Source: Octopus sinensis
Lineage: Eukaryota
Reading direction: 5' to 3'
DNA: 64,000 bases
Assembly (NCBI RefSeq): GCF_006345805.1
Contig: NC_043008.1
Location: forward strand, 41,850,001-41,914,000
In this document: one piece after another, positions 1 through 13,083 of the stretch
Layout of the letters: every line of letters begins with the position of its first letter
How positions within the stretch are numbered: the first letter of the stretch is position 1
Made by a program: the position numbers and the translations under genes
The notes under the pieces: model-generated
The model's database searches: none
The model's input: only the letters and a program-made list of their open reading frames with translations
Told to the model about the DNA's origin: nothing

Positions 1-85
1 AGTAGAAGACAAAGAAAAAAATACCATAAAAATATATAAAGAAAACGGAAATTATATATGAAATATAGCTTAGATACAACAACAC

Positions 86-545
<460 letters not shown>

Positions 546-866
546 TATCGCTACTGTTGTTATGGCTGTTATTGTTGCTGTTGTTTTTTTTGTGTCGTTC
601 ACGTTGATTTTTTTTCAAAACTTATGACATGAGAGAGAGAGATATCAGAATTTTATTTCTTTCTTACATTTCGGTAACAAAAAGAAGAAAAATCAAAAGC
701 AAAAACAATGAGAATCATGTATAACACTTTCAAGTTTACTTTAAAATGTATTTCATACTGTTTCTGCACACTCATTCACGCACATCAGACACATACGGAC
801 ACACGCACACACAGACAGAGAACAAGAAAGCATATACATACACACATATACATGTGTATATATATA

Positions 867-927
<61 letters not shown>

Positions 928-1283
928 ATGCATGTGTGTGTGTGAGTATATGTGCAATAGGGCTAAGAGACAATAAGTTGGAAAGTGGTTTGCCTCATAT
1001 ATGGACAAACGACAGAGTCTCAGATATACAGCGCAGTGATAGGGATCCTACAATTAACAGACGTTATACTTCCAAGTAAAAACGGAAGCCTCCCTATATA
1101 TCTATTTAAAAATATAAAGTCTGGAATGAAGGGAGAGAACTCTAATATCCTTACACATCACCACTAGGAATGGATCTTGTCTTTAAAGCGAATTTGCTAC
1201 ATGCAACAACCGTTGTCACTCTTGTTAGACCTCAGTAGGGAAGTATATTCGCGTCAGTTTACTAGACATAGAGAAGTGACCAA

Positions 1284-1331
<48 letters not shown>

Positions 1332-1337
<6 letters not shown>

Positions 1338-1403
1338 TCATGAAAGGGATGAAAATTAAAAACATTTACCATCTCATTAATTTTCATTCCTTCATGAATT
1401 TAT
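1332..1403. repeat. Inverted repeat between (TA)n tracts, probable PLE terminal remnant
   Basis: ATAAATTCATGAAAGGGATGAAAATTAA ... TTAATTTTCATTCCTTCATGAATTTAT, near-perfect arms of ~27 bp. PLE origin is inferred from similar structures at 11582 and 20369. Confidence 0.7.
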
Positions 1404-1462
1404 CCCTTTTTGTGTTCTAGCACAACGCTTCACTATTTGGAAGCCTCTTATTGTATTTCTAT

Positions 1463-1539
<77 letters not shown>

Positions 1540-1540
<1 letters not shown>

Positions 1541-2040
1541 TAGCAGTATCGCCCGGCGTTGCTCGGATTTGTAAGGGAAATAACTATATAAGCATTTTTA
1601 GAGGGGTACTTCCCTTATAGATGCCAATTCGGGCTTTCTTAGCCATTTCTGTTTTGGTGTCTTCAAACCATGAAGTCGTTGTTCTAAAAGAACGCTGGTC
1701 TCCTTGACAACGCTTTACGACGTTGATTTCCTTACACTCCCTTCCCCACAGCTTCACGAGGGAGGGAAGAAGGGAGAGAAGCAAACAGGTGCAGGTGTGA
1801 CCATGGACGCCAACTCCGCCGCCATCGACACACGAAAAATTATGCATTAAAATGGAATAAAAAATAATGTTAAATTATTTTTAAAATCGTAGACTCATCG
1901 TAGACGCGCGCTAATAGCCAGACGGGCTCGAAATTAATCACGACTATAAGATACCCGAATTTGGTTAAACTGCACCGCAAAATGTGGGAGTAGTTAGGAA
2001 TCTAAATCGAAGGGGACAGACACTCACACAACTACAGTTT

Positions 2041-2045
<5 letters not shown>
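1540..2045 (-). mobile_element. Non-autonomous Helitron
   Basis: Minus-strand 3' end has GC hairpin CCGAGCAACGCCGGG followed by ...CTAG|T. The first ~60 bp are shared with 30443-30825. Inserted in (TA)n. Confidence 0.75.
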
Positions 2046-2083
<38 letters not shown>

Positions 2084-2106
2084 TTATTTATTTATTTATT
2101 TATTTA

Positions 2107-2412
2107 GGCGCCCTTTTCAAACCTAGCCAGGCTCATGGGCCCGGTTTCCCGGTTTCTGTGGCGTATCTGTTGCCCCAAGCTGGACGGGACGCCAGTCCAT
2201 CGCAGCGTTACTCAAGAAACGGGAAGAGAGAGAGAGAGAGAAAGTCTGGGCGAAAGAGAACAACAGGGGTCGTCACAACCCCGCTGCCGGATCCTCGTGG
2301 AGCTTTATGTGTTTTCGCTCAATAAACACAAACAACGCCCAGTCTGGTAATCGAATCCGCGATCCTCCGACCGCGAGACCACTGCACTAACCACTGGGCC
2401 ATTGCACCTCCA
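2107..2412 (-). mobile_element. tRNA-derived SINE (head 1 + tail 2)
   Basis: Head GGAGGTGCAATGGCCCAGTGGTTAG...GGATTCGATT (A/B boxes) is shared with 47901 and 62419. Tail GAGTAACGCTGCGATGGACTGG...AAAAGGGCGC is shared with 23802 and 50980. Confidence 0.85.
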
Positions 2413-2773
2413 GTGTGTGTGTGTGTGTGCGCGGGGAAAAGAACGTAGAAATACTGGTCATAGATATCAATAATCGTGAATGGATGCGTGAAAAAGTCTT
2501 GTAGGAGAAAAGATTTTATTGGATAGCAATGAAAATATGGCGACCAATATGAAATTAGAGCAACATGGAGACAGATAAACATTCAAAAAGTTTGTTTGTG
2601 TTGTTTTGTTTCTTTTCGAATAGGGTGAATACAGATATCCTTTCACATACAATTCCTTGTTTTGGGAACAAAGGATGAGATATCAAATGACAATATTTGA
2701 TACCAGATTCATTAAATTTTTTTTTATGTGTGTGTGTGAAAAAGAGAGAGAGAGAGAGAGAGAGAGAGTGTGT

Positions 2774-2816
<43 letters not shown>

Positions 2817-2949
2817 AGTGTTGATGTGTGGTAAGACGTTCGCTTCCCAACTACTGCGTGACACCTTGGGCAGATGTCTTCCACTACAGCACCGGGCCGA
2901 CCAACTCCTTGCGAGTGGATTTGATAGATAGACACCGAAAGAAGAACGT

Positions 2950-2983
<34 letters not shown>

Positions 2984-3064
2984 CGTGTTTTGAATATTAT
3001 ATATATAATGTTCAAAACAAGTCGGACGGATGAGATGGCCTTGAAGTCGAAGATTTTAATCTAA

Positions 3065-3640
3065 CGAGAGGACCAATCAATTACATCGAGCCTAGTGTTT
3101 CATTGGTTCTTAATTCATCGACCTGGAAAGAGCGAAAGGCAAAGGCGACCTCCGCAGAATTTTATACATAGAAGATGCACGCAAACGAAGTGCCTCAAAG
3201 AATTTCGCCCAGCGTGCTAACGATTCTGCCAGCTCGCTGCCTTCCGTTTATCGAAATAATAACATAAATGGCAGCAAGCTGACAGAAACATTAGCACACC
3301 GGGCGAAATACTTAGCGGTATTTCATCTGCAGCTACGTTCGACTTTGCCTTTCATCCTTTCGGGGTCGATTAAATAAGTACCAGTTACGCACTGGGGTCG
3401 ATATAATCGACTTAATCCGTTTGTTTGTCCTTGTTTGTCCCTTCTGTGTTTAGCTCCTTGTGGGTAGTAAAGAAATAGGTATTTCGTCTGCCGTTACGTT
3501 CTGAGTTCAAATTCCGCCGAGTTCGACTTGGCATTTCATCGTTTTGGGGTCGATAAATTAAATACCAGTTGCATACTGGGATCATCTAATCCTCTGCCCC
3601 CCCTTCCCAAAATCTCGGGCCATGTGCCTATAGCAGAGAA
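3065..3640. mobile_element. SINE family B cluster (one minus copy, then plus-strand tandem copies)
   Basis: Family motif GACTTTGCCTTTCATCCTTTCGGGGTCGAT...AAGTACCAGTT...CTGGGGTCGAT, repeated many times in the window. Confidence 0.85.
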
Positions 3641-3728
3641 GAAAAGTAACCTAAATTCTTCATTCTATGTAGGTTTAAAGAGCCGTTGTTATTGTTATTA
3701 TCATTATTATTATTATTATTATTATTAT

Positions 3729-4282
3729 TGAGTAAGAGAGCAGTTCATGCCATCAAAGTGACACTGGGGTAAAATATACGAAGTCCAATATACCCATAAT
3801 GACTACCCGTCTGATAAAGGTACATCAGGCACATGCATCACAACCATATGTGCGCGACATGGTGATCTCATATCAAGATAAACAGCACATGACCTTGCAG
3901 GTGGGGCCCAGTTAGAATTTTCTTCAGGTTGAGTAGCCCATCCCGCTCAAACGGTCCTTGAATAAGGGTTGTTTAAGGATGTTGAAAGAACCACCCATGT
4001 TTCCAGAGGTGAACTATTCAAATCCCAAAGAATCCCTCTCAACACATGGCTATGATGCTCCCCACTACTTCTGCTCGTGATCAGAGATGCACATATCGTC
4101 AGCCACTAAGGGACATGCTCAACTGGTTAAGGTCAAACAACTGACAAGCAAATCTGTGGTATTGAGCAGAATATTTGCTGTAGCCCATCTTTTATACCAA
4201 GACAAAACAATGTACATGATAACACTTCCAATCAGTTAAGATCAGAAGCCATGAGAGCCACTGCCTGGTACTGCATCAGGGC

Positions 4283-4283
<1 letters not shown>
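3729..4283 (+). mobile_element. 555-bp interspersed element (family D), copy 1, in (ATT)n; strand is arbitrary
   Basis: Near-identical to 28438-28992 (inverted) and 43316-43869, with the same TG...CA termini. Confidence 0.9.
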
Positions 4284-4339
<56 letters not shown>

Positions 4340-4664
4340 TATTATCTTCAAGTATATAATATGTAAGATGTATTGAAATAATTCGATGCACCTCGGTTTG
4401 GTTGGCTCCAGTCCATTACAGTGATTAAGAAAATTTCTGTAATACGTTCTTAATTGTTACATGAGGAATAATCCGAGCTGAGCAATCGATGCTATCGTAT
4501 ATTTAATATTCGGCAGCTTCTCATATCTGTATAATTTACTTATCTTCCACCTTAATGGAATTAAATGCCGTCTGATTAGGTTTTTCTAAGCATTAGTAAT
4601 GCGTCAAGCGAAAATGTCCTTTATAAACATATGTGTGTGTGTGTGTGTGTGCGTGTGTGTGTGC

Positions 4665-4700
<36 letters not shown>

Positions 4701-4863
4701 CTGTGTGTGTGTGCAAGTATGTATGTATATCTGTATGCGTGTATGTACGTATGCATATCAAGGTGGTGGTGGTGGATGTAGATCTTCGATCAACGATGAG
4801 TATTCAGTTGTCCGAACTGATAAGTTACCTGCTCCTGAATTAACGAATATATTTGTGTGTATG

Positions 4864-4931
<68 letters not shown>

Positions 4932-5181
4932 TATGTGTGTGTACTTTAGATACATTTCTGCTTTACGTAATTCTCAAACAAGAATAAGCGTAAACTTGAA
5001 TTATAAGGAAGCCCGTTCAACCAATTTCGATGAAAAAAACATGGGCCCCTCTCCGGCTACAGAATATGGCAATTGCCAATGATGCCATGCATTGGAATCA
5101 AATCTGGGACATTATGTTGATGAAGCTGTCTTTTTGACTATACGCCTGCGCTACGTTTACAAATTATTTGTGTGTGTGTGT

Positions 5182-5228
<47 letters not shown>

Positions 5229-5904
5229 AATGCACTCTGAATGTGGCCGTGAATAAAAGAGGAGGGATTAGTAAATCTGAACTTGAAATTGAGGAATACG
5301 AAGAAGGAGACGCCTATTTTTCTATCTTCATTCGCATTATTTACATCGACGTATTCGCATACGAAGCGTCCTAACTTTCAGTACTGGCTCTAAATTCAAT
5401 AGGACATCTGTAGAGATATGCTTAAGAATATAGAAAAGATATATTTAGTGTCGTATAATATTACTCACGGTTATAATTTCAAACAAATTTAGGAAATGTG
5501 TTAAAACCACGATGTAAGCGGAATAGTGTCAGAAAATGAAAAGATTGCCGAATAATTAGTCGGCCTCAGTCTATAGGGAATCATATAAATCTAACTAGAA
5601 ATGATGTTTCAGTAATAAAACGTATGATATTGATTAATTATCAGAGATAAGAAAAGCAGCTTCAAATGAAAATATAGATAGTAACGAACAATATTGGGTT
5701 ATCAATTTTTAATCATTTTTTAAAGTTTTTTGTTGTTTTCTTTTGATGAGGTGAGTGTGGATAATTTAGTAAACGTTAACAAAAGAGCGAGCTTTAGAAA
5801 AAGTCAATAGAAAAAGTAAGAGAGGTAAAAACAATAGATGGTAAGTGAAGAATTATTTAAAGGGGAACCGGTTTGGTTAATGATGATGTGGTTATTGAAT
5901 TAGA

Positions 5905-7450
5905 CCCAATGCCCGCAATTTTGAGGGGTATAGTGTTAATTGATGGCATTGATCTCAGCACTTGATTGGTACTTTATATTATCGATCGCGAAAGGATGAA
6001 AGGCAAAGTTCATACAGGAATAATTTGAACTCAAAATATAAACGCAGGAAAAAATACCGCAAAGCACTTAGTCCGACGTTCTAATGATTCTGTTAATATG
6101 CCGCCTTCGGTGGATTAGTATTGTTAATAATAATTCTTTGTCATTTTTGTGCAGGGATAGAAAGATTGAGGGATTGGGGTTAGTCTAGCACATCAACTCC
6201 AGTTTCTGACTGGTACTTTCTGTTATCGACCCCGAAAGGATGAAAGACAAAGCTGACGTCAGCGACATTTGAATTCTAAACATAAAGATGCGGAAGAAGT
6301 ACTGCAAATCATTTTATCCGGCACGCTAACGATTCTGCAAGCCGACCCCTTAATGATGATTTTTGTCCATTCTAAAGCACAAGGTCTGAAGTTTGGGAGT
6401 AGGATACAGTCGACTGCATCGATCCCCGTGAATCAACTAAGTCATATATTTATTGACCCCCAAAATAACGAAAGACAAAGTTGATCTCCAAGGCATTTGA
6501 ACTCCGAATGTAAAGCCTGAAGAAATACCGCTAAGCATTTTGTCCGGCATGCTAGCAATTCTACCGGCTCATCATCTTAATTAATAATCTATAATAATCC
6601 TTTCTACTAAAGGCACAAGGTCTGAAATTTGGAGGAAGAGGACTAGTTAATTACATTGACCCAGTGTTTTACTGATACTTAATTTATCGACCTTGAAATT
6701 ATGAAAGGCAAAGTCGACCGCGGCGGAATTTGAACTCAGAACCTTCGACGGGCGAAAAACCTCTAAGCATTTCTTCCAGCGTCCTAAGGATTCTGCCAGC
6801 CTGCTGCCTTTAATAATCTTTCCTACTCTAGGCACAAGGCCCGAAATTTTTTTTGGGGGGGGGCGGTCAGTAGTTTAGATCTACCCCAGTACACAAATGG
6901 CACTTAATTTATCGACCCTGAAGGCATGAAAGGCAAAGTCGACTTGGCAGAATTTGAACTTAGAACGCCCGGTGTGCTAACGTTTCTGCCAGCTCATGGC
7001 CTTTAATAATAATCCTTTCTACTATATACACAATGCCTGAAAATCGCCTGAAAATGATTCTACCAGCTCGCCGCCTTTGCCCTAATAGTAATAATAATAA
7101 TAGTTTATTAATTAGGTACAATGTATGTAAATTGAGGGAGAGATAAATCCATTAAATTCAGCCGGTACTTAGCTGCTTCTTTATTTTATCGTCCCCGAAT
7201 GGGTGAAAATCCCATCAGTGGGATTGGAACTCAAAAAATAAAGTGTCATAAAAAATACCAGAGGGTATTTTGTTGTAACGATTTTGCCGATTATTAATGA
7301 TGTTTTCTGATTCGAGTATAAGGCCAGCAATTTTGATGGGCGGGTACCTATTCGATACTATCAACTCAAGTACATGACTGGTACTTTTAAAAGAGAAAAT
7401 TGACTTCGGTGATATTTGAACTCAGAACGTAAAGAACCAAAATAGGTACC
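5905..7450 (-). mobile_element. Head-to-tail array of about 8 variably decayed SINE family B copies
   Basis: Recurrent ATCGACCCCGAAAGGATGAAAGGCAAAGTCGAC...ATTTGAACTC motif roughly every 200-250 bp. Confidence 0.8.
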
Positions 7451-8819
7451 ACAAGACACAATAATTCTGTCTCGTGTGATATGATGTTCCTTCTATGACT
7501 TTCTTTCCTTTTCTTATTAACCCCCATGGCCTAGATCTTCACTGGCTTTTTATGCAGTCAAAATTGAGCTTATTTGTAATATTTTTAATGCTTTATGTAT
7601 TAATGCTTTCTTTGACAAAGAAAACGCTAGTATTGTTCACACCAGCGGTTCTCGGTAGAATCGCTTTTGATATTTCTTTTCTTTTGTACTCTATGTGTTT
7701 TTATATAGAATGTTTTCTCATTTTATTTTATGTATGTTCTGTGTATTACACTGTTGGTTTTGCACATTTTCTTTCGAGATTCGTGGTTCAAATTTTTATA
7801 GCTAAACACATTTTTTTTAGGTAAACTACGTGGAGAAACAAAATAAGTCTAAAAATGGATTTTTTTTTCTTTTTTGTCTAAAAAATATATGGATATACAA
7901 CAAAAGTTTTGCAACTCACTGTATGCTTCTACGTTCTTCAGAGCTATTCCATGTTGTAAAAATTTTCGTTTTAAAAAGCTACTAGAAAATACGTTTGAGG
8001 TTTGCAGTGAGATCTTGTTTTTGCAGTTGTTGCTGCTGTTATTGTAATTATTATTAATATTATATTAACATTAAAAATATCCCCTCAAAAGAACGAAGTA
8101 AATGTTAAACAATTTAGGAAATGGAACTTCTAATATAAAACCACCTTTATAAAAAGGAAAAGTTCGAACTAAAACGTAATAGGAAAAATAAAGAAAGTTT
8201 TTTTAAGCAGGATTTTAAACTTCGTTGAATATATTTGTTAAAACGCTACTTCTAAGTACATGCTAAGATTTCTTTAGGATACGAAGGTAAATTATGTTGC
8301 TTTCAGAGGGAGCAAAGAAAGGGGGAATAGAGATGGAGGAAGTTGAGTTTAGGCACCTATAAAAGTATAACTAACAATAAAATAAACGCTGCTTGAAATA
8401 AGGTGTATGTTAAAACCAACTATATTAGATCCAATTAAATCAAATTTTAAAAGATATTACGTTTGAATATATTTAGATGTTAATTTTGGTGTAAGAGTTG
8501 CAATTAAAAGGTATTATAGAATATAGAATACACCATGAAGGATTTAGAATTTTCCAAAACTAAGAATATTGGTGAAGCACAAATAAAAGAGTTGTGGTGA
8601 ACCCAATGATTTTCAATGTAGTTAAAAGGTTAAGTAAATGGAAAAATAACAAAGAATGAAATAAAGGCAACAGTAAAGAATATAAGTTAAATACTAATAA
8701 AAAATGTAATACAAAATTCTAAAAATCGGAAGCTCACTAATAACCTAATAATGGCATATTAATCATTAAAAAATTATCAATTTTCAATTTAGTAGTCTAA
8801 AGGGTGATACCGAATCTAC

Positions 8820-9420
8820 TCAATGTTATCGCGATGAACTACACAGGAATCAGCCAAAGCCTTTAAAGAGGTATATATAGCACTCCAGATCCAGTAACAA
8901 TGAAAATTATTCCAGTCTATATCTCTATACTCGGAGGCTTTGGAATGATAGAAATTACTTACCCACTCTAACCAGCAGCATTCTTTACAAAGCCCCTCTT
9001 TATTCATTCGTGTATGGTAAAAGCCGACTTTGTCCTTTAACAAGTAGACTGAACTTTTATATGCTGCCATCAACGGAGCTCCCTGTCAGTAATTTACCAA
9101 TCATTTGTTCCTAAATTTATCCCATCATTTTTAGTGTACTTCAGAAATGTTTCACTTCACTTCAGGTTGTGACCGGAGTAAGGTAAACTTTTCTAATCTT
9201 CTGTGCCAGAATTGTTTCTCACATTCAGTAGTCATTCAGCAATAGTCTCAAACTCTAATGTAGTATAAACTGGTTAATCTTTAAACCTTTAAATTGTTTC
9301 AACTTTAAAGCTGTGTTCATGCTGGGATACCACCAAGCATAACATATCATCCAGTAATAATTACACTTGTCTAAAAACCATGTTTATCATCTTAACAATT
9401 CGAAGCGTGCTTTCACACTA
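8820..9420 (-). pseudogene. Highly decayed non-LTR (L1/Tx1-like) ORF2 C-terminal fragment, tentative
   Basis: ORF 8816..9073 contains LCKECCWLEWVSNFYH, which resembles a CxxC-E-H zinc knuckle; many stops around it. Confidence 0.3.
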
Positions 9421-10911
9421 AAGTGCAGATCCAATCTAAATACTCTAAGCAAAAAATCTATATTTTCCTCGAGATAAGTCGAGTGCTTCTTCTTTGTACA
9501 CCTAGATAAATAGATAGATATATAGATAGACAGATAGATACAGACAGACAGCCACACACATACATACCTACATGGATACATATATACATACATACATACA
9601 TACATACATACATACATACATACATACACACATACATACATACATACATACATACATACATACACACATACATACATACATGCATACACACATACATACA
9701 TGCATACATATATACATATATACATATATACATGCATGCATGAATACATATATACATACATACGTACATATATACATACATACATGCATGCATGCATGCA
9801 TGAATACATACATACATATGTGTGTGCGTGTTTGTGTACGTATATTTTTCCATATGGATGTTAACTTTTTGTCTATTTTTGTCGGTTGGTGTTCAAACAG
9901 GATACTTGATCCCCGTTCATGTTTGTCTAATTTTGTTTATTATTTATAATGAATACGGCTATTGTTTTCTGTAACAAGATGATGTGATGCTGACCAATTG
10001 TTCACCATCTATAGCTTTAATCAAGGTAAAGTATGTGAAACATGCTGTACTGGACGCAGAATGACCGATACATTAAGATGTACTCTCACTTGTGAGGTCC
10101 AAGGCTGGATCCCGATACGTGACGTAACTTCGGGCAGTTCCAGGCGTTGTGGGTGTAATTAGGTAGGCGGAAACTGTACGGAAATCTCAGCTACTTAAAG
10201 CTAATTCATTGAGCAATTAGGTGAGTTGATTGAACAATTAAATACTCGTCATCGAAACCGAAGCAGATCCATTTACAGTTTTCGGTCTTTCAAGGAAGCC
10301 GTATGAAACATTTTTATTGGTGGTTTAATTGAATACACCTAACATTGAAGGTATTCTAGCTAGGACCAACGCATCTTTAGATTTCCATCAGTGTATCTAA
10401 GATGACACTGTTTAAGTTTTGAACTGTAGAAAGACTGGATGCAATTGGGGGTAACTTAGATCCTTTACACTGCGTGATCCCTTAATCAAACCCTTATTCA
10501 GTTCACATATACTCGTGGTGTTCACGCAAATGTCGCAGAATGCCACAGGGTTTAAATCGCATTTTGTATGTCTATTAGTGATATTCTCCTTCGAATATAT
10601 ATATAATTGAGAATCTTTTTGTGTGTAAATGTCTGCAGGAATCCCATTTGAAGGGGGCATTATAACTAATCATCATTCAATTATATTTTCATCTTGAATC
10701 GCGTTGCCCCGATGCAGGTGGTTGCTTATTGAGTGTGTAGAATCTGATATCTCCTAGGTACAGAACTTCCTCAGATATTGTCAATTCATTCATACGTGTA
10801 ATGCATCTGATCTCTCTTGATATTGCTTTTCATATCCTTGCTGCACGACAGGAAATTGCATATATTGCAAAGGTCACGTATACGAAGCCAATAATGAACA
10901 AACACATTGAT

Positions 10912-11006
10912 ACACTGGCATATGGCGTAGTGGCTAAGAGCGCGGGCTACTAACCCCAAGATTCTGAGTTCGATTAATAATAACAATAATAATAATAATG
11001 ATGATG

Positions 11007-11076
<70 letters not shown>

Positions 11077-11228
11077 CAACAACATCGAAAAATACCTTAG
11101 GAATGAGAACCCAGGTTCGAAATTTCCGCAAGACACCTGATGAAGGCTGGAGGGTATATCAGCAGAAAAGTGTTAACAACAAACAGGATGAGGTCAAATA
11201 TCTGTGAAATGTAAATAATGTAAATAAT
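10912..11228 (+). mobile_element. tRNA-headed SINE-like element with (TAA)n linker and HHR-derived tail
   Basis: A box TGGCGTAGTGG, B box GAGTTCGATT, CTGATGA...GAAA core, GTAAATAAT tandem tail, and 12-bp TSD AAACACATTGAT (10900-10911 and 11229-11240). Confidence 0.75.
11132..11174 (+). ncRNA. Degenerate type-I hammerhead ribozyme motif
   Basis: GACAC CTGATGA AG GCTG..CAGC A GAAA A GTGTT. Stems I and II are present; stem III and the cleavage triplet appear deleted. Confidence 0.55.
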
Positions 11229-11311
11229 AAACACATTGATGTTCGCACATGCGATGCCAAGGAATGAAACTGGTAAAAGAATATAGGATATATATATATA
11301 TATATATATAT

Positions 11312-11340
<29 letters not shown>

Positions 11341-11345
<5 letters not shown>

Positions 11346-11532
11346 ATGAAAGCACAAAAAACACAACAACGCGAGGACGTGGAACAAATATAGTATTATT
11401 GGACGCTCAGGAAAGAAGGAAAGAAAGAGGGTTTAACGTTTCGAGCGGAGCTCTTCGTCGGAAACATAGGAGAAGGAAAGATCCAGAGAAGGAAGACAGA
11501 GGAAAAAAAACGCTAACGGTACACGCGAGGCC
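11341..11532 (-). mobile_element. Penelope-like pLTR remnant
   Basis: Pyrimidine-rich tract, then HHR, then GAGCGTC-AA-TAAT motif; same layout as 37800-38008. Flanked by (TA)n. Confidence 0.65.
11431..11465 (-). ncRNA. Minimal hammerhead ribozyme (CCGACGA core variant)
   Basis: Minus strand reads GTTT CCGACGA A GAGC-TCC-GCTC GAAAC GTT AAAC. Confidence 0.7.
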
Positions 11533-11554
11533 ATATATATATATATATATATAT

Positions 11555-11581
<27 letters not shown>

Positions 11582-11585
<4 letters not shown>

Positions 11586-11889
11586 ATATTAATTAGAGAC
11601 AAAACCACTATTTTGAAAATCAAACAAACTCATAACTTAAAATTGAATAGAAGATCTGAAATCCACCTGATGAATGTCCTTAGAAGAGACACGTAACAAT
11701 TGTAGTGGCGAATTTAATTTTATTTAATTTATATTAAATTTTTTAATGTATTGGATTAAGTCTTTCTTTGTTTGATTTGCAAAATAGTGGTTTTGTCTCC
11801 AATTAATATTATATAATATTTTACTATTAAATTGGATTCAATCCTAAATCTGATTTTTCCCTGTAAATTTGGATTTATTCCCTAATATT

Positions 11890-11895
<6 letters not shown>
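11582..11895 (+). mobile_element. Penelope-like remnant with inverted terminal segment
   Basis: 47-bp inverted repeat (11582-11628 vs 11767-11813, 2 mismatches) encloses an HHR; (TA)n on both sides. Confidence 0.7.
11663..11708 (+). ncRNA. Minimal hammerhead ribozyme with GAAA>GTAA mutation
   Basis: CCAC CTGATGA A TGTC..GACA C GTAAC AATT GTA GTGG; palindromic stem III, GUA triplet. Confidence 0.7.
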
Positions 11896-11985
<90 letters not shown>

Positions 11986-12274
11986 GTATGTATGTATGTA
12001 TGTATGCATGTATGTATGTATGTATGTATGTATGTACGTGGCCAGTTCTAATCGTATTGTTTAACTAAACGAAGAAGTTAGGATGCACACTTCTTTATGA
12101 GATTATACGATATACAATATACCTTCAGCAAATGAGTATTATTAACAACGAATATATGTCTTAATCAATCTTGAGATGATGAAAGGAACATAAAAAACAG
12201 GAATTTTTACATATACCCAGCGTTTGAAAACCTCATTTAGAACGTTTTAAAAGCTGATGTTGTGCTATACTCAA

Positions 12275-12970
12275 TATTGGTTTCAAATTTGGGCACGAGG
12301 TCGCAATTTCGGGGGCGTGTACAAGTAGATTACATCGACCCCGAAAGGATGAAAGACAAAGTCGACCACGGTAGAATTTCAATTCAGAACATAAAGAAGG
12401 GCGAAATGCCTCTAAGTATTTTGTTCGTCGTGTCAGTGATATAACCCAACGATACCTGAGTAATGCTTTTTTACCCAGCTGAGCACTAGGATCAATGTAA
12501 TCGACTTATCTCACCTCAAATTGCTAGCCTTATGTCAAAATTTGAAACGCGGCGTGCTGGCAAAGTCGTTAGCGCAGTAGATAAACTGCTTGGCGGCATC
12601 TTCCCAGCTTTACGTTCTGATTTCAGATGCCGTTGATGTCAATTTTGCTCTTAATCCGTTTCGATAAAATAAGTACCAGTTGAGCACTGGGTCGATATAA
12701 TCGACTTACCCCCTCCTCCAATATTAATAGCTTCGTGCCAGACTTTGAAACCAGTTTCATTTAGCCAGTACAGGCGGCGAGCTGCTAGATTCGTTAGCGA
12801 GCTAGATAAATGCTAAGCGGCATTTTTTTCCGGCTTAATTTCTAAGGCAATATCAAGCTGGTCATCTTTTCCATTTATCCTTTCTCATAAAATAAACATC
12901 AGTTGAGCACTGGTGTCGATATAATTGTCTTCCCCCTCCCCTCAAAATTTCTGGCCCTGTGACAAAAATT
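12275..12970. mobile_element. Decayed SINE family B cluster
   Basis: Several partial copies of the AAGTACCAGTTGAGCACTGGGTCGAT motif. Confidence 0.7.
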
Positions 12971-13040
12971 ATTATTTGGTCTTTAGTCTGTCATATCCAG
13001 GATCACATTCATTAATATGAAATCGATATTGCAGAAAAAA

Positions 13041-13083
<43 letters not shown>

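Noticed and set aside
10917-10977. Functional tRNA-Ser(ACT) gene
   Set aside because: No acceptor-stem 3' half; it is embedded in a TSD-flanked element, so it is treated as a SINE head.
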